The notes under the pieces are model-generated. The model ran no database searches and was not told the origin of the DNA. It saw only the letters and a list, made by a program, of their open reading frames with translations. A stretch of 61,954 nucleotides of DNA, filler included, from Ferroacidibacillus organovorans (lineage in GTDB: Bacteria > Bacillota > Bacilli > Alicyclobacillales > SLC66): assembly GCF_001642725.1 (NCBI RefSeq). It is 7 parts of 7 records of this genome, joined end to end, with 100 filler letters (N's around TTAATTAATTAA, not from the genome) between each part and the next. Parts side by side here need not be neighbours in the genome. Positions count along the whole stretch, not along the records: positions 1 to 10,878 come from NZ_LSUQ01000075.1; 6 more parts are not named here. The stretch is one strand, 5' to 3'. Position numbers and translations under genes: made by a program. Shown here piece by piece: positions 1 to 9,003 of this stretch (its first letter is position 1; each line of letters begins with the position of its first letter).

Positions 1-443
1 GTCGGCAAATGCGTCGCAATCGCGCCAGCCAGGTCGCGTCCCGTATACGTCGCGCCCATCAAAACAATTTCTGGCTTTGCCTGCTCGATCACATGGAGAC
101 ACACTCTGCTATACGGTCGCGTGCGATAGTCTTTGAGCTCTTTAGCGTCACACAGATAGACGCGATCTGCGCCGCGCTCGATCGCCTCGCTCGCGAGCGG
201 TTCGACGTTATGCCCGATGACCAGTGCCATCAGTGGCGCGTCAAGTTTTTGCGCGAGACGTTTCGCCTCACCGAGCAACTGCCAGGAGACACTCTTGGCG
301 GTTCCTGCACGTTGTTCGACGACAATCAAAATTCCACGATACGCGGAGAAATCCATGATTGGATCTTCAATCTTCGGTCGGCGCGCAGGACGCGCGGGTG
401 CATCTTTTTTCGCTTCTTCTGAATTCGCTACTTCTTCTGGCAT
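1..443 (-). CDS. fixB: Electron transfer flavoprotein alpha subunit (FixB/EtfA), runs off the window start
   Basis: Not in the ORF track. Manual translation from ATG 443 (RBS GAGGTGA): MPEEVANS...FSAYRGILIVVEQRAG...SWQLLGEAKRLA...GADRVYLCD...KPEIVLMGATYTGRDLAGAIAT, a typical ETF-alpha N-terminal domain; directly downstream of the ETF beta gene. Confidence 0.9.
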   Translation of the reverse strand, partial: MPEEVANSEEAKKDAPARPARRPKIEDPIMDFSAYRGILIVVEQRAGTAKSVSWQLLGEAKRLAQKLDAPLMALVIGHNVEPLASEAIERGADRVYLCDAKELKDYRTRPYSRVCLHVIEQAKPEIVLMGATYTGRDLAGAIATHLP

Positions 444-469
444 ACGTCTCACCTCGCTCGATCAATCGG

Positions 470-1297
470 TCACCAGCCCAAGCGTGCCGGCAATTCCGTG
501 TTCCAGAGTCTTTCAACGAGCGCCGCCGCCGTCTCCCACACATCAGGCGCCTCGATCATCTCCGTATGGACGGTGCGCGGCTCCGGCACCCACGTCTTAC
601 TCACGATCGTCGGTGATCCGCGCAGGCCGATCTTCGCGCGATCGATGTCAGGGAAATCATTGGTCGTCCAGACGATTGGTTTGTATTTCGCGGCGCGCAG
701 GACGCCTGGGAGACTCGCTCTGCGCGGCTTGTTCAAATCTGTAAGCGCTGTCAACAAAACGGGCAACTTGGTGCGAACAACTTCGACACCGTCCTCCAAA
801 TGGCGATGAACCGTGACCGTACGCGCGACAGGATCGACGTCAAGCACCTTTTCTACATACGTCAACTGATCGTAGTCAAGCCTACACGCAACACCCGGCC
901 CTACCTGCCCCGTGTCACCGTCAAGCGTCTGCTTCCCGCAAAAGACCATATCCACGGCTTCCATCTCTTGCGCCACTTTCTGAATCGTGAGCGCCACCAC
1001 ATATGAAGTGGCAAGCGTATCCGCGCCCGCAAAGCCGCGATCCGAGACGAGCACCGCCTCATCTGCACCCATCGAGATGCACTGTTTAAGCGCCTTTTCA
1101 GCCGACGGCGGGCCCATCGAGACAACCGTCACGCGCGCGCCCATCTCATCTTTTAGGCGCAGCGCTTCTTCGAGTCCGTGCAAATCATAGAAATTGACAA
1201 TCGCCGGTACGCCTTGGCGCACGAGTGTGTTTGTCACTGGGTCAATGCGAATCTCTCGACTATCGGGTACCTGTTTGATGCAAACCACAATGTGCAT
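470..1297 (-). CDS. fixA: Electron transfer flavoprotein beta subunit (FixA/EtfB)
   Basis: MHIVVCIKQVPD, FAGADTLATSY, GKQTLDGDTGQVGP and GLRGSPTIV motifs; RBS GGAGG before ATG 1297. Confidence 0.93.
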   Translation of the reverse strand: MHIVVCIKQVPDSREIRIDPVTNTLVRQGVPAIVNFYDLHGLEEALRLKDEMGARVTVVSMGPPSAEKALKQCISMGADEAVLVSDRGFAGADTLATSYVVALTIQKVAQEMEAVDMVFCGKQTLDGDTGQVGPGVACRLDYDQLTYVEKVLDVDPVARTVTVHRHLEDGVEVVRTKLPVLLTALTDLNKPRRASLPGVLRAAKYKPIVWTTNDFPDIDRAKIGLRGSPTIVSKTWVPEPRTVHTEMIEAPDVWETAAALVERLWNTELPARLGW

Positions 1298-1409
1298 CGT
1301 AACCATCCTCCGCATCTTGCGTCGTATCGCGCTGCGCCGTGTCAACGAGCCCGTCTTGGTCCAACTGGTGATTCACGGCGGTACACAAAACGTCCCACCC
1401 TCCTCCGAT

Positions 1410-1427
1410 ATGTGAAATCATTCACAA
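1410..1427. promoter_or_regulatory. Rex (NADH/NAD+ sensing repressor) operator
   Basis: ATGTGAAATCATTCACAA matches 13 of 14 positions of TTGTGAA-N4-TTCACAA; upstream of fixA. Confidence 0.75.
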
Positions 1428-1715
1428 TCCAAGCTACAGCAGCGTGTGGACGATTCCTACTCTCTACATTCTATTACACAATAATTCCAAACGTTCTCTA
1501 TAAAAATAAGCGATCGTCACACCTTCTGCTGTCTTGAGGTTACACCTTCCCGCCGTCCGAATCAATAGTATAGATGGACGATTTGCACACTTTTGAACAT
1601 ACTTGCGATCTTCCGAAAGGCGATCACGACTTAAAGCCCATTTTCATCCACGCCATGTACAGTTTGGATGTGCTCGAATGCTGCACACGATCCAAACCCA
1701 AGGGAGACATGCTTG

Positions 1716-2375
1716 ATGAAGATTCAACATAAAAAAGTACTGGCTGGAACGGCCGCAGTCTGCGCAACGCTCGCGCTCGTTCTGAATCAAACCGGAGCCT
1801 TCGCAAAAGTCACCACCGCACACGCACATCCGCCGACAGCTGCGGCGATCGTCAAAAAGGTGACAGACAGTAAAGCATTGGCTGCGTATTTACACCTCAA
1901 GCCGCAAATTCTAAAGCGCGATCTTAAGCATCACATGTCGCTGCTTGACGTGGCGGTCAAAGAAAAGCGCACAAAACCACAACTCCTCGGGGAGTTGAGC
2001 GTATTGGTGCGCACCGATGTTGCGCAGGCACAAAAAACACGCCATCTGAGCGCCGCAGAGACCTCCCTGCTAGAAAAAGACGCGAACGCCATGCTCGGGC
2101 GCCTGATTGTCAACACAAAGGTCGCTACGCATAAAAAAGCGCCCCTCTCCGGTGGTCTGATCAAAGAAGTGGCAACAATCCTGCACTCGACGCCCGCGAC
2201 AGTGAAAGCAAAGCTGCGCGCACACGAATCAATTCTCCAGATGGCCGATGCAGCCCATTTGAAAGAGTCTGTGTTGATCAGTGACTTGGTTTCGTATCGC
2301 GCCAAACATGAGAAGCGCCACGTAAGCACGGCCGTGCTTACAAAACAAGTCGAACACCTGATCGTCAAGAAATAA
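1716..2375 (+). CDS. Hypothetical secreted Lys/His-rich protein with an internal repeat
   Basis: RBS AAGGGAG; signal peptide MKIQHKKVLAGTAAVCATLALVLNQTGAFA; two similar helical repeats. Confidence 0.8.
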   Translation: MKIQHKKVLAGTAAVCATLALVLNQTGAFAKVTTAHAHPPTAAAIVKKVTDSKALAAYLHLKPQILKRDLKHHMSLLDVAVKEKRTKPQLLGELSVLVRTDVAQAQKTRHLSAAETSLLEKDANAMLGRLIVNTKVATHKKAPLSGGLIKEVATILHSTPATVKAKLRAHESILQMADAAHLKESVLISDLVSYRAKHEKRHVSTAVLTKQVEHLIVKK

Positions 2376-2467
2376 TTCATTTCACGAACATTTAACCATT
2401 GACAACATGAAACACGCAGGCCTTGAGAGCGGAAAGAAGCGCTCAAGACCTGCGCGTTTTTGCATCC

Positions 2468-5400
2468 TTATTGCGCGTGAACGATCACGCGAATACGCGC
2501 CTTCCATTTTGTCACGCGTTCGCGAACAACACGCTTTCCCGAAAGCAGCCACAGATACACAACTGGGAGCACCACAAGCGTGAGCAGTGTACCGCCAAGC
2601 ATCCCGCCCACCAAAACGATCGCCATCGGCATGCGCGTCGAGGCGCCCGAGCCGATTGGCAAAAGCAGCGGAGCCATCGCAAGCGTCATCGTCGCCGTCG
2701 TCATCAAAATCGGCCGCAAGCGCCGTGAACCTGCCTGCACGATCGCATCCACGGTAGAAACGTTCGCGTCGCGCAGGATGCGTTTTGTCGCATCGATCAG
2801 AAGGATTGCGTTCTTTGAGACGAGTCCCGTCAGCATGATCGTGGCGATGAACGCGTAGAGACTAAAGGGTATCCCTGTGACCCACAAACCAAACAGTGAC
2901 CCAGTCAAAGCGAGTGGAAGCGTGACGAGCACGGCGAGTGGATCGATCAGGCTTTCATAGAGCGCCGCCAACAGCATGTAAACCAAAACGACCGACAGCT
3001 TGAGCGCCCCGCTAAGTGGCCCGAACGCGCGCGCTTTCTGCTGGATGGCTCCGTTAAACTGAGCGGTGTACCCCGCCGGCATGGCGATCTTTTGCAAGAC
3101 GCTTCGCGCTTCACTCGCAATCAACCCGAGCGGCTGCCCACCCGTGTTTGCGCTAATCTGCACCGACAGCGCGCGATTGTATTCACGCTCAGTCGCTGAC
3201 ACGGCCGTCGCTGAAATCGTCGCGATCTGTCCGAGCAGAATCGGCACACCATTTTCGATGGCGACAGGAACCTGCTGAAGTTGTTGCACCGTCATGCTTT
3301 GCCCCGCTTTTCCCACTTGCAGCACAATCGGCTCCGAGAGCGCATTTTCACTCGGTCGATAAGAAGACGCCGTAACCCCCTGAAGCGCTGTGCGGATGGC
3401 CTGCCCCACCTGACTGCTGCTCAGGCCAAAGGAAGAGACCGCCTGCGAATTCACCGTGAGTGTGAGCATCGGCTGGCTGTTTTGCGCTGTGCTTACCGGA
3501 TTGATCACGCCCGGAATCTGTGTAAGCGCGGCGGTGACACGCTGGGAGAGTGCCTGCAGCACGCTCATCGAAGAACCGCGCAGCACGATGGAGAGCGCGC
3601 CCCCACTTCCGCCACCTCCGCTGATCAGCGCATTAGGGAGACTGGTCTGAATCTTTAGCCCAGGGATGGTCGCCGCGATCGCCTGAACCTTTGGAAGAAC
3701 AGAAAAAACGGAGGGCGGCGACGCCGATTGCAAATCGACCGTCAAGCGGCCGATATTCTCGGCGGTGACGGAGCCGTTGCCAAACCCGGTAGTGGAAAAC
3801 ACCGCGCTGACGCCCGCGAGCTGCTTGATGCGTGCGGCGAGCGCGTTTACCGCCTCATCTGTCGTGCCAATGCTGCTCCCCGTCGGCATTTGCGCGCTCA
3901 CAAAGAAAACGGAAGCGTTCTGTTTGGGCGTATACGTCGTCGCGACCATGCCGGATTGCAGCAACGCGATGTCGAAGGTCAGGGTGCCTATCATCACACA
4001 AAATACGAGCAGCGAATGGCGCAGCGCATAGCGCAGGATGCGCTCGTAGCGCGCGCGCACGATCAAGAATTTTGCATCCCACCACGCGCTAAACACTGCG
4101 GTGCGCGCGAAGACACGTCCCCGCCACACGAAATGCGCCGCGAGAAGTGGCGTGAGCGTGAAGGATACGAAGAGTGAAAACACGGTGGCAAACACGATGG
4201 TGAGACCGAATTCCCGAAACAATTGCCCGATGTTCCCCTGCATAAACGCGACAGGCGCGTAAACGACCACATCGGTGAGCGTAATGGCGAGTGCCGCGCC
4301 GCCGATCTCTCTGCGTCCGCGATACGCGGCGGCGGCGGCGGACAATCCCCCTTTGTGGTGCCGCTCAATATTCTCGAGCACCACGATCGCGTCGTCAACA
4401 AGAATCCCGATCAGGAGGCTGAGCGCCATCAGGCTGATCATGTCGATGGAAAAACCAGCCGCATCCATGGCGAGAAACGTGGCGCACAAGGTGACCGGAA
4501 TCGTAAGCAGGATGACCAGCGTCATGCGCAGACGGTGAAGCCAGACGAGAATCATGAGCCCTGCCGCAAGAATCGCGAGAAAGAGGTCGCGCTGTGTCGC
4601 GCTCATCGCCTGCCTCGTGTAGGATGTGATGTCGCCTGTCACGATCAGGTGCTCGCCCACGGGAAGCTGGCTGGCGATCTGGTGAATGGCTGCTCGCACC
4701 AGCGCTGCCGTGGTGAGCGTATTGGCGTTTGACTGGACACTGATGACAAAGCCAATCGCGTTCTTACCATCGAGGTGGCTGAGCGTCGTGACAGGCGGAT
4801 TGCCCTGCGTGATCGTCCCCAGTTGTGAAAGTGAAACCAACCCGCTTTGCGATGGGATCGCGATTTGTCCCAAGGCGGTCAAACTCCCGACTTGACCTGT
4901 GACCTGCACTGGATTCGCCTGCATACCTTGCTGGATCACCCCGGCTGGCGCCGCGCTGTTTTGCGTCGCAATCGCGGTTTTCACCTGACTCACTGTCAGC
5001 CCATACTGTTCAAGCTTGGCAGAAGACAGTGTGATGTTCACCTGGAGTGGACGCCCACCGATCATGTTGACCGTTGCCACGCCAGGAACGGCTGTGAGCG
5101 CCGGCGCGACCGTCTGACTCGCCTCTTGATAGAGCGCCGCCTGCCGCTGCGCGCCATAGAGGACCACATCCATGACAGGGAGCGCGTTCGGGTCAGCCTT
5201 CAAGATGAGCGGTGGCTGCGAACCGACGGGTAGTGTGGCGGCCGCCTGATTGACGACGTTTGCGACTTGCACCGCCACTTGGTTGACATTCGTACCACCG
5301 GGAAAGCGCAGCGCGATTCGGGCGTTTCCGGCGCGCGCAGTCGCGTTCATGCTCACGATGCCATTGACTTGAGTCAGCGCGTTTTCAACCGGATCGACCA

Positions 5401-5587
5401 GTTGCGCGCGCATCGTGCCGGGACTCGCGCCTGGATCGGAGAGCACCACCGTGATGTGTGGAAAATTGACGCTCGGCAAGCGACGAACAGGCAGCTTGGT
5501 GTACGCCACGATGCCAAGGAGCACCACCGCCAGCATGAGCATCAGCGCGGCGATGGGGCGTCTGATCGCAATCCGCGTAAGATTCAC
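2468..5587 (-). CDS. RND efflux permease, AcrB/MdtBC-like, subunit 2
   Basis: 1039 aa; MNLTRIAIRRP start; GILVDDAIVVLENI, KNAILLID and RLRPILMT proton-relay motifs. Confidence 0.95.
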   Translation of the reverse strand: MNLTRIAIRRPIAALMLMLAVVLLGIVAYTKLPVRRLPSVNFPHITVVLSDPGASPGTMRAQLVDPVENALTQVNGIVSMNATARAGNARIALRFPGGTNVNQVAVQVANVVNQAAATLPVGSQPPLILKADPNALPVMDVVLYGAQRQAALYQEASQTVAPALTAVPGVATVNMIGGRPLQVNITLSSAKLEQYGLTVSQVKTAIATQNSAAPAGVIQQGMQANPVQVTGQVGSLTALGQIAIPSQSGLVSLSQLGTITQGNPPVTTLSHLDGKNAIGFVISVQSNANTLTTAALVRAAIHQIASQLPVGEHLIVTGDITSYTRQAMSATQRDLFLAILAAGLMILVWLHRLRMTLVILLTIPVTLCATFLAMDAAGFSIDMISLMALSLLIGILVDDAIVVLENIERHHKGGLSAAAAAYRGRREIGGAALAITLTDVVVYAPVAFMQGNIGQLFREFGLTIVFATVFSLFVSFTLTPLLAAHFVWRGRVFARTAVFSAWWDAKFLIVRARYERILRYALRHSLLVFCVMIGTLTFDIALLQSGMVATTYTPKQNASVFFVSAQMPTGSSIGTTDEAVNALAARIKQLAGVSAVFSTTGFGNGSVTAENIGRLTVDLQSASPPSVFSVLPKVQAIAATIPGLKIQTSLPNALISGGGGSGGALSIVLRGSSMSVLQALSQRVTAALTQIPGVINPVSTAQNSQPMLTLTVNSQAVSSFGLSSSQVGQAIRTALQGVTASSYRPSENALSEPIVLQVGKAGQSMTVQQLQQVPVAIENGVPILLGQIATISATAVSATEREYNRALSVQISANTGGQPLGLIASEARSVLQKIAMPAGYTAQFNGAIQQKARAFGPLSGALKLSVVLVYMLLAALYESLIDPLAVLVTLPLALTGSLFGLWVTGIPFSLYAFIATIMLTGLVSKNAILLIDATKRILRDANVSTVDAIVQAGSRRLRPILMTTATMTLAMAPLLLPIGSGASTRMPMAIVLVGGMLGGTLLTLVVLPVVYLWLLSGKRVVRERVTKWKARIRVIVHAQ

Positions 5588-8500
5588 GGCGCACCTCTTT
5601 GGCTCTCTACAGACATATCGAGCGACAAGCGCGCCTTTCGTTTAAACAGACGAGAAAAAAATCCGCGAGCGTCATCCACATACGTGAAGAGCACTGGAAC
5701 CACGAGAAGTGTCAGCAGCGTCGACGAGATGAGTCCGCCGATCAGAACAGCGGCGATCGGCACACGATCCGCCGATCCAAACCCGGTGTGAAACGCCAGC
5801 GGAATCATCGAAAATACCATCGTAGACGTCGTCATCACGATCGGGCGCAGTCTCGTCTTGCCCGCCTCGATCAGCGCCACCGTGCGCGTCATTCCTTTTT
5901 TCATCTGCTGCCGCGCATAGTCGACAAGCAGGATCGCATTTTTGGCGACGAGTCCCATCAGCATGATCAGCGCCATGAAAGAAAAGATGTTGAGCGTCTG
6001 TCCAGTTACCCACAGCCCGAAAAACGCGCCAACCGTCGCGAGTGGCAGGGAGAAAAGGACGACCAGCGGCATGACGAATGACTCATACAGCGCGGCCATC
6101 AGCATGTAGATCAGGATGACCGAGAGAACGAGCGATTGGAGCAATGGCCCAAACGCTTGCGACTGCTGCGCAATTTCCCCTCCGAGCGTCACGCTGTAAC
6201 CGGGCGGCAGTTGCAGATTGGAAAGCGCCTGCTGCACCTCTTGCGCGACTTGACCGAGCGACGGGTTGGTCGTTCCCGCGGTAACCACGTTCGTCAACTG
6301 CCTGCTCGCCTCCGTGAGCGAAACGGGGCCTGGCGCAAGTGAGATACTCGCCACTTCACCGAGTGTGACCATCTGCCCGTGGCTCAGTGCGACAGGAATG
6401 CCTCCGAGCTGCGCCGGTGTAAAATGGCTGCCGTTTTGAAGGTGCACCATGATGTTCGTTTGTGTTCCACTGCCCGCCGACTGAATCGTAGAGGCGATCA
6501 CTCCGCCGATCGCCGCTTGCGCCGCCTGACTGACGAGTTGCGCGGTCACGCCGAATTGCGCCGCCTGCGCGTCGTTTACGTGAATGAGCCACACGGGTAG
6601 AGACGCCGCGCTTTGATTCTGTACATTTGTCAGATCAGGCAGGTTGGCGAGCCGTCCTTGCACATTTTGCGCAAGTGCCTGAAGCACCACTGGATTCTGA
6701 CCGCTGATCTGGATACTGACTGGCGTGCTGCTGTTGACGACGAGCGGATTCGGAACCGCAGTCTGAATCTGCATGCCAGGGATGGTCTCTGCGAGCGTCT
6801 GAATCTGCGTAAGCAGCGGATCGATCGGTGGGAGCGGTGTCGCATTCGCGCCGCTTAGCGAGATGCCATTTCCAGCCTTTTTCCCTTTGCGTGCACCCGC
6901 CTTTTTCCCGCCTTTCGCGCGCGTTCCGTTAGCGCCCGCACTGCGCGCCGCAGCGCTGCCATTTTTCAGTTTTTTTGTCTGTGTCTGTAACCCGCGATCG
7001 GCGCGCACCACGGTGAGCACCGCGTCATTCGTTGCATTCAACCCGTTTAAGGCGACGCCAGCTGTGGAAAACACCGCTTGAATCCCTGCCATCTTTTTCA
7101 GTTTGGCGGAGAACACGCGCATCGCGGCGTCTGTCGTCGCGAGAGATGTCCCTGTGGGCATCTGTGCGCCGATCCGGAATACCTGCGGATTTTCTGGCGG
7201 GACAAACGATGTGCCGATCCAGCCAAACGGCAGAAAGCATGCACTCGCAAGAAGCGCTGCGCCCGCCACAGACAGCGCCCGCAAGCGATTGCGCAAAGTC
7301 GCTTTGAGGATGCCCTCGTAGCGAAACCTAAACGCATCCATCAAGCGCTCCCCTGCGCGTAAATGTTTCGACGCTTCTTTACGCCGTGACGACAGAAACG
7401 CGAAACGTCGTTTTTTTGACGTGCGCAGATCGGTCTGTGTGTCTCCCTCGTCCGGCGCGTCTACCCGTTTCCCCTTCAGCCAGCGCGACGCCAGCATCGG
7501 CGTTAACGTAAAGGATGTAAAAAGCGAAAACAGCGTGGCGGCCGCGATGGTCAAACCGAACTCGCGAAACAACTGTCCGACCGTTCCCTGCACAAAGACG
7601 ATTGGAACGTAGACGACAACGTCGGTCAGCGTAATGGCGACGGCGGCGGCACCGATCTCTGTGCGACCGCGCACGGCCGCCGTTCGCGGGTCGGCGCCGA
7701 GTTTCAGATGACGATCGATGTTTTCGAGCACGACGATTGAATCATCAACGAGAATTCCAATCAAGAGTGACAAGGCAAGCATGCTCATCAGATCGAGCGA
7801 GAAGCCGAACGCGTACATCACGGTAAAGGTCGACAGCAAGCTGGCAGGTATCGCAAACAAGACAATAAGCGTGTGGCTGAAGCGTCGCAAAAATACGTAG
7901 AGCACCGCAGAAGCGAGAACGACCGCCAGAATCAAATCGCGTAAAACAGCGCTAAGCGCCGCCCGCGTATAGACCGTCTGATCGGCGATGACGCGTAGTG
8001 TCGCCCCAGGCGGCAACGCCTTTTTAAGCTTGTTCACCGCACTCAAAACGCCCGACTCAACACTCAGGCTATTCGCGCCACTCTGTGCCGTGACCGTGAT
8101 GCCGACTGCCGTCTTCCCGTTCAAGCGATTGATCGAGAGGGGCGTCGCGTAGCCTTGCGACAGTGTCGCAAGCTGACCGAGCGTGAGCAGACGCTGAGAC
8201 AAAGGTGCCGCTAACGTGCTGCTTGTGCCGGCACTGGCGGCACCCGCTTTGGCCAGCTTTGGTGCGCTGCGGATCACCACATTCGCGAGCGACGAAACGG
8301 TAGTAAACGGCGTCTGTGTACCAACCGTGTAGGTTTGTGAACCGTTGTTCATCGCGCCCGCAGGCGCACTCGTATTCTGTGTCGCTAAGGCCTGACGGAT
8401 CTGCGGCAAGGTTACACCGTAGGCGAGCAATGCGGATTCATGCACTTGGACATTGATTTGCGGAATCAAACCACCCTGCAGATTGACCGCACCAACCCCC

Positions 8501-9003
8501 GGAACACTCTCGATTGCAGGAACGATCGACTTTTCTGCGAGCGTGTAGAACTGCGTCTGATTCAATTTCCCAGACAGTGAGAGGCTCATGATCGGTGCCG
8601 AGGCGGGATCGGTAGCGGTGATGCTCGGAAGACTGGCCGTGGCGGGCAACTTTCGCGCAACCGCGTGAAGCGCCTGGGCCACATCATTGTTCGCGGTGTT
8701 GATGTTGATGCCTGCGGCAAACTGGAGCGTGATGTCTGAAACGCCTTGCATGGAAACGGATGTCATCGACGTGACACCGTTTACCGCCGTTAAGGCGTTT
8801 TCCAGCGGATCAGTCACACTTGTTCGCACATCTTGCGGGTCTGCGCCCGGATTGTTCACGGTCACCTGCAAATAGGGATAGTTAACGTTTGGCAATTCGC
8901 GGACGGGAAGAAGGCCATAGGAAATGACGCCCATCAAAACAAGCCCGAGAATCAGCATCAAAATGGTAATCGGGCGCCGCACCGCGACTTCGGTCACGTT
9001 CAT
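5584..9003 (-). CDS. RND efflux permease, AcrB/MdtBC-like, subunit 1, with low-complexity basic insertions
   Basis: 1139 aa; GILVDDSIVVLENI, KNAILLVD and RLRPIVMT; 4-nt overlaps with both neighbours. Confidence 0.95.
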   Translation of the reverse strand: MNVTEVAVRRPITILMLILGLVLMGVISYGLLPVRELPNVNYPYLQVTVNNPGADPQDVRTSVTDPLENALTAVNGVTSMTSVSMQGVSDITLQFAAGININTANNDVAQALHAVARKLPATASLPSITATDPASAPIMSLSLSGKLNQTQFYTLAEKSIVPAIESVPGVGAVNLQGGLIPQINVQVHESALLAYGVTLPQIRQALATQNTSAPAGAMNNGSQTYTVGTQTPFTTVSSLANVVIRSAPKLAKAGAASAGTSSTLAAPLSQRLLTLGQLATLSQGYATPLSINRLNGKTAVGITVTAQSGANSLSVESGVLSAVNKLKKALPPGATLRVIADQTVYTRAALSAVLRDLILAVVLASAVLYVFLRRFSHTLIVLFAIPASLLSTFTVMYAFGFSLDLMSMLALSLLIGILVDDSIVVLENIDRHLKLGADPRTAAVRGRTEIGAAAVAITLTDVVVYVPIVFVQGTVGQLFREFGLTIAAATLFSLFTSFTLTPMLASRWLKGKRVDAPDEGDTQTDLRTSKKRRFAFLSSRRKEASKHLRAGERLMDAFRFRYEGILKATLRNRLRALSVAGAALLASACFLPFGWIGTSFVPPENPQVFRIGAQMPTGTSLATTDAAMRVFSAKLKKMAGIQAVFSTAGVALNGLNATNDAVLTVVRADRGLQTQTKKLKNGSAAARSAGANGTRAKGGKKAGARKGKKAGNGISLSGANATPLPPIDPLLTQIQTLAETIPGMQIQTAVPNPLVVNSSTPVSIQISGQNPVVLQALAQNVQGRLANLPDLTNVQNQSAASLPVWLIHVNDAQAAQFGVTAQLVSQAAQAAIGGVIASTIQSAGSGTQTNIMVHLQNGSHFTPAQLGGIPVALSHGQMVTLGEVASISLAPGPVSLTEASRQLTNVVTAGTTNPSLGQVAQEVQQALSNLQLPPGYSVTLGGEIAQQSQAFGPLLQSLVLSVILIYMLMAALYESFVMPLVVLFSLPLATVGAFFGLWVTGQTLNIFSFMALIMLMGLVAKNAILLVDYARQQMKKGMTRTVALIEAGKTRLRPIVMTTSTMVFSMIPLAFHTGFGSADRVPIAAVLIGGLISSTLLTLLVVPVLFTYVDDARGFFSRLFKRKARLSLDMSVESQRGAP

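Noticed and set aside
9..744. Plus-strand ORFs at the window start
   Set aside because: Antisense to the real fixB and fixA genes
1600..1700. GAAA hairpin followed by GACTTAAAGC upstream of the secreted protein as a c-di-GMP-I riboswitch
   Set aside because: Lacks GGCAAA, the exact GACGCAAAGC and a convincing P1/P3; only an Infernal hit could rescue it
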